Positions 8,863-15,126 of a DNA stretch of 32,000 nucleotides are shown here, in pieces. Position numbers and translations under genes: made by a program. Source of the stretch: Cuniculiplasma divulgatum (lineage in GTDB: Archaea; Thermoplasmatota; Thermoplasmata; Thermoplasmatales; Thermoplasmataceae). The stretch's first letter is position 1; each line of letters starts with the position of its first letter. Below the pieces are notes generated by a model. The model had not been told where the DNA came from. It did no database searches and saw only the letters and a program-made list of their open reading frames with translations. The stretch covers positions 1,170,001-1,202,000 of the forward strand of contig NZ_LT671858.1 of the NCBI RefSeq assembly GCF_900083515.1. The letters are read 5' to 3'.

Positions 8863-9035
8863 ACATAATTCTATTTTCCCCGCTTCTTCCGGAAAGAAAG
8901 CTTCCTGGTATTCCCTGGGATGATGAACCTGAACCAGATATTCCATTCATACCTGAGGATCCTGGAGATGTCCCCAAAGATCCAGATGAGGAACCAGATG
9001 AAGAAAATAACAATAGGATCGGTGTTGCCCGATGA
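8859..9035 (+). CDS. Possible small acidic, proline-rich protein, 58 aa
   Basis: ATGA overlaps at both ends (8859-8862 and 9032-9035). Translation: MNIILFSPLLPERKLPGIPWDDEPEPDIPFIPEDPGDVPKDPDEEPDEENNNRIGVAR. The two antisense track ORFs here are low-complexity mirror images. Confidence 0.35.
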   Translation: MNIILFSPLLPERKLPGIPWDDEPEPDIPFIPEDPGDVPKDPDEEPDEENNNRIGVAR

Positions 9036-9310
9036 TTTCCCACATGCCTGCAAAACATGTCCAGGCAACACTCGACCAGTTTATTTCTAAACCATTAACC
9101 AGTAAGATGGAAAGGTTCATAAAACTATGTGAATTCTATAAGGCCAATACTGGCAAAGAACCCGATTGTCCACACAGTGTGTATAACTTTGTCCAGGACA
9201 ACAAGCTTCCAGGAGATGTAAAACAATTTAAATTCTTTACACTCAGGAGCATAGCAGCCTATTACGGAAAATGGGAAAATATCTCAGGGGATGGGAAACA
9301 TGAAAGGTAA
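9032..9310 (+). CDS. Hypothetical protein, 92 aa
   Basis: A track ORF with an ATGA overlap to the upstream ORF. Confidence 0.5.
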   Translation: MISHMPAKHVQATLDQFISKPLTSKMERFIKLCEFYKANTGKEPDCPHSVYNFVQDNKLPGDVKQFKFFTLRSIAAYYGKWENISGDGKHER

Positions 9311-9354
9311 CTATTCCCATTTTAATTTTTTAAACACATCAACAAATTTGAGGA

Positions 9355-9627
9355 TTGATAACCATTTCTGATCCTGGAAAATTCACAGTGAGGATCAGGC
9401 TCGATGAAATCAACAGGAAGATCTTGGAGATCTTTATTAAATATCCTAACAGGAAATTCAAGACAGGCCAGATAAGAACCATACTTGCTTTTGAGGGTTT
9501 GGAGCTTGGTTATGGCGTAATCACCTTAAGGCTTACCAATCTATCACTTCTCCATATACTTACAGCTGAAATGGGATCCAGTGTAAAGACATACTGGCTG
9601 ACCGAAGATTTTAAAATTAACCCCTGA
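9355..9627 (+). CDS. Small winged-helix DNA-binding protein, 90 aa (TTG start)
   Basis: INRKILEIFIKYPNRKFKTGQIRTILAFEGLELGYGVITLRLTNLSLLHIL...KTYWLTE fits an ArsR/MarR-like wHTH pattern. TTG 9355 is preceded by GAGG. It is the last gene of the operon. Confidence 0.5.
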   Translation: MITISDPGKFTVRIRLDEINRKILEIFIKYPNRKFKTGQIRTILAFEGLELGYGVITLRLTNLSLLHILTAEMGSSVKTYWLTEDFKINP

Positions 9628-9675
9628 TCAATCTGAATGGGATGGGTATATACCCCCCCTCAGCTCGATTGATCA
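9625..9675. repeat. Nested inverted repeat at the operon 3' end (terminator or protein-binding site)
   Basis: TGATCAATC (9625-9633) pairs perfectly with GATTGATCA (9667-9675). The 33-nt spacer contains the perfect 12-nt palindrome GGGTATATACCC (9644-9655). The outer stem includes the stop codon of the wHTH gene. Confidence 0.5.
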
Positions 9676-10098
9676 AGGGAAAGACAAAAACGAAGGCTGA
9701 CATGATGCCCCCATATCCATGTTATCCACAGGGAATTAAGGACAATCCGGCATTTCCTTAATAATCTAACTAAATTTGCAGCTGCTTATTTTTTCTTTCC
9801 TGGTTAATGCTTCCTGATCCAATGCAGTTATGCTGCATACTGTAGGCCTAAGCCTTTTTCTTCCTGGTATTCAGTAAGAGAAGGTAGCCTATAGCAAGGA
9901 TTACTGGGAAGAATACCAGATCGAATTCATACCATGCCATATCTTTCAATATCCTATGGACTAACACATTCTAAAAGGTATGTATTCTGCCATTTCCTTG
10001 AGGCAAATCATGATAAAAATACAGTCCATAAAAACATTAAAATGCCTTAAAATTCCTGAAAAAGAAACGTTCTTATCGTTAAGTGCGGGTCAGGAATT

Positions 10099-10305
10099 AT
10101 GGCAATAGATCCATTGAAAAAATCCTACAGGAATGGAAGGAAAGATCAGCTTGAAGTTGATTCCTCAATTCTGAGGGATGCGGACGAGGTATGCGATACC
10201 AGGGAAGAGCTTGTAGAATATATCAAGGCCAGGCTTGGTATAATCTCTGAACAGCTTACAGTCGAGAATGTGAGAGAGATCAAGGATATACACAACCTTT
10301 TGTAA
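10099..10305 (+). CDS. Hypothetical protein, 68 aa, isolated in the ORF-poor region
   Basis: A track ORF that is acidic and predicted helical, with no motif. Confidence 0.35.
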   Translation: MAIDPLKKSYRNGRKDQLEVDSSILRDADEVCDTREELVEYIKARLGIISEQLTVENVREIKDIHNLL

Positions 10306-10360
10306 TCTTCCATTCTCTATTTTTTTATCCGGCCTAATTGGGTAAACTCATTTTCATTTT

Positions 10361-10376
10361 TGTTACTACAGTAACA
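10361..10376. repeat. Palindrome copy 1: TGTTACTACAGTAACA
   Basis: A 16-nt near-palindrome with one central mismatch pair. Together with its flanks (TTTGTTACT.CAGTAACA..AATT) it matches copy 2 at 11339-11354. Confidence 0.55.
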
Positions 10377-10516
10377 TAATTGAGTTATGGTCCTGATAGA
10401 ACACAGATGGACTACAGAAAGGAATACAGAATCAAACCCGCAGTTCAGCGTATTTTACCAGAAACCTATAGCCACTGACATGTTACCTATATGTAAAACA
10501 TGGCCTGACATCTCAT

Positions 10517-10622
10517 TGTAAAATTGCAATGGCATTACATCGTTATAGAAACAGTATTTTAAAGGGATAATACAGTAAACGGTCATGCAGTGATGTTGTC
10601 ATCTATTATTACATAGTCATGA
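10517..10622 (+). repeat. Direct repeat unit A (~106 nt)
   Basis: It aligns by hand with 10942-11048, with 42 of the first 50 positions identical. The core ATCGTTATAGAA[A/G]CAGTATTTTAAAG is shared with one mismatch. Confidence 0.6.
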
Positions 10623-10941
10623 GCTTCATCGATATCTATCGAAAGAACACCGAAAGCCTCATCGAAAGAAAACCAGTAAATTCCACTACTTTTATCGAGA
10701 GCCTATGACAAGAGATATATTAACTACATATAAAACAGTCCAGGATAAACGAGAATGCCATGGGCTACTCACATGCCGTAGCGGTTAAAACCTTGTCTTA
10801 CAATGAGAAATCACATAGGCAGCATGTGGTAGTATTTGATATCCCGTTATCCATTGCATAAGAATCAGGCCTAATACAGGGATCGATTGTTGACTGATTG
10901 AATCCATGAGTTCTCAGGATGACTGGGAATGTCATGTGAAA

Positions 10942-11048
10942 TGTAATATTACATTGGCATGTGATCGTTATAGAAGCAGTATTTTAAAGAGAAATAAGGT
11001 AAAATGTCATGTGGTGGCGGCGGCATTCCTATTATTATATACACATGA
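10942..11048 (+). repeat. Direct repeat unit B (~107 nt)
   Basis: A paralogue of 10517-10622. It starts with the perfect palindrome TGTAATATTACA inside a longer imperfect hairpin (CATG..AATGTAAT/ATTACATT..CATG) and contains a locally GC-rich GGTGGCGGCGGC. Confidence 0.6.
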
Positions 11049-11338
11049 ATCAGAAGGCGGATGTAAACCTCAGGTCAAATTCTCATGCCAGATCTGAGAT
11101 CTTTCAAAATGATACCTAATGGTTTATTCTAAGGTATGTTTAGTTTAACATCCTTTACCTTTTATCAAGGCTGTGGTAATGGGGACTATTGTCTTAATGA
11201 TATTATACCATGCCTTGCCAGTGAGATATGAGAACCTATGATAACTAACATGTTTTATTAAATTAAGACTACTTTAAGGTATAGCTCTATTATAAGAATT
11301 GATCCTCATCGACATGGCCATGAAGGATCCTTAAAATT

Positions 11339-11354
11339 TGTTACTGCAGTAACA
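11339..11354. repeat. Palindrome copy 2: TGTTACTGCAGTAACA (perfect)
   Basis: A perfect 16-nt palindrome. It is preceded at 11301-11330 by a second inverted repeat (GATCCT...CATGGCCATG...AGGATC). Confidence 0.55.
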
Positions 11355-11508
11355 AGAATTAGAATGGGATCTTCATTACTATCTTACCAGATGGTAGAGT
11401 TGTAAAAACTTCAAAGTTGTTGCTCTAATTTTCATAGAATTGCGATTATACAAATTTAACCTTATTAAGAGCGCAAGCATTATTATATCTATTTAATTAT
11501 CTGATATC

Positions 11509-11751
11509 ATGGAAAATGTAACTCTTCCAGATGACGCGGTTAACTCTTTTAAGAAATTTAGGCGCAATTACGAAGCATCTAATAGGATGTATAACGAGTT
11601 AAAGGAACATGTAGGGAAATATGTCGTAATCGATAACGGAAATGTTATAGGATTCACAGACACTTATCAAGAGGCTACAGAAAAATTTGGGAAGATAGAC
11701 GGAGTGTTTATAGAGTTAGTTACTGACAAAAACATTTTTTGGATCCTGTAA
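11509..11751 (+). CDS. Small DUF5678-like protein, 80 aa
   Basis: The N-terminal helix (FKKFRRNYEASNRMYNELKEHVGKY) followed by VVIDNGNVIGFTDTYQEATEKFGK...VFIELV matches my recollection of the DUF5678 pattern (..GKWVAI.dgkVi..gds.eEa..ka). The family assignment is from memory and has not been searched. Confidence 0.6.
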   Translation: MENVTLPDDAVNSFKKFRRNYEASNRMYNELKEHVGKYVVIDNGNVIGFTDTYQEATEKFGKIDGVFIELVTDKNIFWIL

Positions 11752-11768
11752 TTGTCGGTGAAATCACC

Positions 11769-12272
11769 ATGGCAATTATAGATTTAATATTTGACGAAAA
11801 GAGAAACTTGTTTTCAATTCCTGTTATCTTAGTAAAGAAACCTGTTCGTGGAATTGGAAATATCCCAGATAAGTCCTCTAAGCTAGAGTGGTGTAATGCA
11901 CTTATGTATGTGGATACGGGTTCTAACTTGACATCTATTACTGAAATCGAGGTTGATAAATTAAACCTAAATAGGGGAGCTTTTAAGAATCAGAGAGTAG
12001 GAGGCATAGGAGGTTTTATGGAAACTCCCACCACTAATGAAGTAACTATTACGATTATGAGCGGGGATTCTATGATTGATATAAACCTTGATAAAATCGC
12101 TGCACATCCATCACAATTAAAAAGGAAGATTCAGAAGAAGCAAGGCGTGTATGTGCAAAAAGGAGAAGAAAAGTTGGAAATGATATGCCTCTTTGGTTTA
12201 GATGCACTTGAAAAACTTGGAGGTAAGTTAGAGTTAGATGTAAGAAATAAATCAGGAAAGATAATCATTTAG
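11769..12272 (+). CDS. Retropepsin-like (clan AA) aspartic protease, soluble, ~167 aa
   Basis: The track ORF is 11739..12272 with a TTG start that overlaps the upstream stop; ATG 11769 is the alternative. The active site is ALMYVDTGSNLTSI, RVGGIGGF is flap-like (compare GGIGGF of HIV-1 protease), and the C-terminal region is ICLFGLDALEKLG. There is one DTG per chain and no signal peptide or TM segment. Confidence 0.75.
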   Translation: MAIIDLIFDEKRNLFSIPVILVKKPVRGIGNIPDKSSKLEWCNALMYVDTGSNLTSITEIEVDKLNLNRGAFKNQRVGGIGGFMETPTTNEVTITIMSGDSMIDINLDKIAAHPSQLKRKIQKKQGVYVQKGEEKLEMICLFGLDALEKLGGKLELDVRNKSGKIII

Positions 12273-13506
12273 AACTGTCCTGTGCTTTCTTATCTTTCAG
12301 AGCCATTTGAATAATGGTTGTAAGTATTCCGGTCCTCTCACTCTCGGGCATATTGTCAATTAATGCCTTTATCTTCTCATCTATTAATCCCTCGTTGGCC
12401 AGCTCCTTCTCGATATGCTCCTCTTTCTCTTTAATTTTAAGAGTTGCCTCGATTGTTAAAGGTAACCAGCACTTACGACAGTAAACTGCATTTGAAGGGT
12501 TCAGAGTGCTGCACCTTGGACATTCTCTGGGAGAAATGTCCTTTACTACGTTATCTTCTTCCGGTTTGATCCCGTACGCTTTTAGTATGGCCATATCCTG
12601 ATCCTTTGCTGACAGATGGACATAGGTTCTTGTTTGCCTTGATCCATGAATCCATCCCATTTGTGATTCAAGGGGTGCCTCTGCTACCCTTGAAGCCAAG
12701 ATGGAAGCCCTTGTATGCCTGAATAGATGAGGATGTATTCTCCTGGTTATCCCAGCTCTCCTCTTTGCTCTGTTGAGGGCTCTGGCCATTTCAGGATAGT
12801 TCATGGGTTCACTGTATGCCTGGGCGGAAGTGCTTACAAAAACCATAGAATCGGGATTGTTAGCCTTAGGATGCTGCTGAACCCACTCTCTAAGATATGG
12901 TACAGAATCCCCAACTATTCTAACCATCCTCTCTCCAGTCTTTCCTGAAACATGAAGGACTGTTCCCCATTGATCATTTTGAAGATCCCTAATCCTTAAG
13001 GTTAAGATCTCTCCAACCCTGCAGCCTGAATCATACAGAAGTGAAAATAATGCTTTATCCCTTACACTAATGCAATTCTCAATCAGTTTATGCATTTCAT
13101 CTACTGAAACCATCTCCTCTGATTTCTTCAACCTGTTTACTGAATTTCCCCTTACCTTGATCCACTGTACTCTTTTTTGAAACTCTCTATCTGAGAGCTT
13201 CCACTTATAATATTTCCTTATGGCCTGTTTATAATCTTCTACTGTTCTCGGGCTTATGTTCGCCTTAGACTGAAGATTAACTATTGCTGATTTAAGATCT
13301 TCCATTGAAGGATTGAGAAAAACATCCGGCATCATTTTACTGAGGACTCTTAACCTGATCAAGTAAAAGATGATTCTATGATCAGTAAGGCCTTCCTGAA
13401 TCTTCAAATCTGTGGCAAATGACTTTAGAGAATCTGTAATGGGCTTTATTCCTATGAGCCTTTCATTCCTTTCAAGTTCTTGTTCAACTGTATCCTTGTA
13501 AATCAT
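12265..13506 (-). CDS. int: Tyrosine recombinase/integrase with a C-terminal zinc-ribbon extension, 413 aa
   Basis: Catalytic set: R in LYDSGCRVGEI, K in VSGKTGER, HxxR in HLFRHTRAS, then WIHGS and the nucleophile Y in RTYVHLS. A ~115-aa tail follows, with CPRC-x12-CRKC and a charged helical end. It lies next to attR, and the gene is intact, not split by integration. Confidence 0.88.
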   Translation of the reverse strand: MIYKDTVEQELERNERLIGIKPITDSLKSFATDLKIQEGLTDHRIIFYLIRLRVLSKMMPDVFLNPSMEDLKSAIVNLQSKANISPRTVEDYKQAIRKYYKWKLSDREFQKRVQWIKVRGNSVNRLKKSEEMVSVDEMHKLIENCISVRDKALFSLLYDSGCRVGEILTLRIRDLQNDQWGTVLHVSGKTGERMVRIVGDSVPYLREWVQQHPKANNPDSMVFVSTSAQAYSEPMNYPEMARALNRAKRRAGITRRIHPHLFRHTRASILASRVAEAPLESQMGWIHGSRQTRTYVHLSAKDQDMAILKAYGIKPEEDNVVKDISPRECPRCSTLNPSNAVYCRKCWLPLTIEATLKIKEKEEHIEKELANEGLIDEKIKALIDNMPESERTGILTTIIQMALKDKKAQDSSK

Positions 13507-13544
13507 CTTAATTGTATGTTCTGATAGCTTATAATTTTAATGAC

Positions 13545-13556
13545 ACGCATTGAACT
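13545..13556. repeat. Element-internal 12-bp arm repeat (ACGCATTGAACT), inverted partner of 2954-2965
   Basis: A perfect inverted match lying 14 nt inside attR. In a circularised element the two copies would bracket the att core. Confidence 0.55.
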
Positions 13557-13570
13557 ATTTAGTAAATGCT

Positions 13571-13584
13571 CGGTTTCCGCATAT
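13571..13584 (+). repeat. attR core (CGGTTTCCGCATAT)
   Basis: A perfect copy of 2933-2946, about 65 nt beyond the integrase start codon at 13506. Confidence 0.75.
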
Positions 13585-13897
13585 TCTGATGTCATATTCA
13601 TTTAACAATTAATTTTCCGGGATTGCTGATAGACACGAATGACTCGAAAAAAACATAATCTAAGGCTTAATGTGAAAAATTTATTTCTTCTATTTATTAA
13701 GAGATTTAATATATACTGGATTTAAAAATATGTGTAATCCGTTTGACATTAATATTACAATTATGAAAAATAGTAAGGTAAAACTTTGACTAAAATACCT
13801 ATACAAAGAATAGATAGGCATTCATTTACCATAGTTATTAACTATTGTTCTAGATTTAATAAATAAATTTAATAATGATTCTTACTTATATTTATTC

Positions 13898-14362
13898 ATG
13901 ATGCCCATGAAAAAAATGATGACAAACGGTTTGCCTTCTATGGTGATCATGTTATTCCTTTTCCTATTTATTCAATTTCTTCTAGGCATGTATATAAATC
14001 TTTTTGTATCGATTCCTGCAGCATCTCCTTTCTTCATGATGGGCTATGGACCGTATGGAGGATTTCCCATAGTCATGGTTCATATGTTCCTTGGAATACT
14101 CATCGGACTTATATCCATAGGGATACTATTTCTTTCAATCGGATTTGGAGAAAAAAAGATACTAGCATCCGCTATCGGCCTTTTTTTATCCGTACTGATC
14201 GCCGGTATAGATGGTTTGTTTTTCCTTTTTGATGGTCAGAATAATATCAACTCATACCTTATGGCAACGGGTTTCATTCTTGCTATGTTGTTTTCATTCA
14301 TATTACTATTATTTGTATACCAACCTGATTTTAAAATGGAAAGGAAAACAAATTTCAATTAA
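13898..14362 (+). CDS. Integral membrane protein, 154 aa (about 4 hydrophobic segments)
   Basis: A track ORF with long hydrophobic stretches and no catalytic motif. Confidence 0.6.
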   Translation: MMPMKKMMTNGLPSMVIMLFLFLFIQFLLGMYINLFVSIPAASPFFMMGYGPYGGFPIVMVHMFLGILIGLISIGILFLSIGFGEKKILASAIGLFLSVLIAGIDGLFFLFDGQNNINSYLMATGFILAMLFSFILLLFVYQPDFKMERKTNFN

Positions 14363-14551
14363 ATTATAAATTCTTATTATTAAGAAACTGTTTACAAACA
14401 CTAATATCTGGAAATTTTGACCTTTAATAATGATTTAGACTGTTAATGAATAATGTAACATTTTGGAATCATATCCCATAGAGTAATTATTAATTAAAAA
14501 TCCAACTGTGTATTTCTTAAACTATTGATTTTTATCCAGTGAAATATTTTT

Positions 14552-14924
14552 TCACACACTTTCAATGAGACCCCATGCGTTTCCAAATGGATCAATCAGC
14601 TGGCATATTTTTACTCCATCTACCCCAATAATTGGCCCCCTGAACAACCTGCAACCATGGTCAATAAAGTGTGAAATAGCACTCTGCATATTGCTCACTT
14701 TCCAGTAAGAAACCTGCCCTGCTACACCAGAACTTGATTTACTATCAGATGGATGTAGTCCTATTTTACAAAATCCCAGGTTAAAAGAATAATAATTTTC
14801 ACTTTGAAAATCTGGCTCTTTTTCTAATAACACTTTGATCCATTCCTTTGCTTCTGCCAGATTATCAACAAAAAAGAGAACTTCATCAATACCTGAAATC
14901 TCACTTATAATTATTAATCACCAT
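14552..14924 (-). pseudogene. VOC (glyoxalase/bleomycin-resistance/dioxygenase) family gene with an apparent +1 frame break near codon 8
   Basis: The track ORF 14552..14833 starts at GTG. The same frame stays open upstream to 14917 and encodes the expected first beta-strand (ISGIDEVLFFVDNLAEAKEWIK) but has no ATG, GTG or TTG. An SD-preceded ATG at 14922-14924 gives MVINNYK then TGA, and is offset by one nt. Confidence 0.5.
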
Positions 14925-15126
14925 TTTCAGATTACTCCTTTGCTTAAATAAACTATTCTATATTCATGATTATCGTGGAAGTGTCTTTAAATGAAATTAG
15001 AGTTAGAAATTACCAGACCTTCAACTGATGTTAAATTCGATGCTCAACGTTGTTCATAACCTTCCCGATTCGGGATTAAATTAAAAAGTTAAGTCCAAAG
15101 AAAACTTTAAGAACGTTTTAAGATAT

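Larger units (their letters stand above)
2933..13584. mobile_element. Integrated plasmid- or provirus-like element (~10.6 kb) in the 3' end of tRNA-Gly(CCC)
   Basis: Perfect 14-bp direct repeats sit at both ends, and one overlaps the tRNA 3' end. An intact tyrosine integrase lies next to the distal repeat. The interior encodes an SF3 helicase Rep, RHH/wHTH regulators and orphan ORFs, with no housekeeping genes. Confidence 0.8.

Noticed and set aside
8837-9071. Two minus-strand ORFs (73 and 66 aa), one with a Gly/Ser-rich low-complexity sequence.
   Set aside because: They are mirror images of the Pro/Asp/Glu-rich plus-strand ORF, which fits the ATGA-coupled operon. They have no independent start context.
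9848-9940. A 30-aa minus-strand hydrophobic peptide ORF (MAWYEFDLVFFPVILAIGYLLLLNTRKKKA), possibly a type I toxin-like peptide.
   Set aside because: It is too short to separate from chance in AT-rich DNA, and I could identify no antisense partner or conservation. I mention it only as something RNA-seq or Ribo-seq could revisit.
10517-11048. Whether the ~106-nt repeats could be a CRISPR array.
   Set aside because: There are only two copies. They are about three times longer than CRISPR repeats, only about 70-80 percent identical, and separated by about 320 nt. No cas genes are present.
10906-11097. A Cys-rich 63-aa plus-strand ORF covering direct repeat B.
   Set aside because: The equivalent frame in repeat A is closed by stops on both sides of a 13-codon stretch. 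Differences between the two copies show no codon periodicity, so the repeat is more likely non-coding.
14895-14910. An RF2-style programmed +1 frameshift at AAG-TGA-G in the VOC gene.
   Set aside because: The P-site codon AAG cannot re-pair in the +1 frame (AGU). Although an AAGGAG lies upstream, it serves as the start-codon SD. An indel or assembly error is the simpler explanation.
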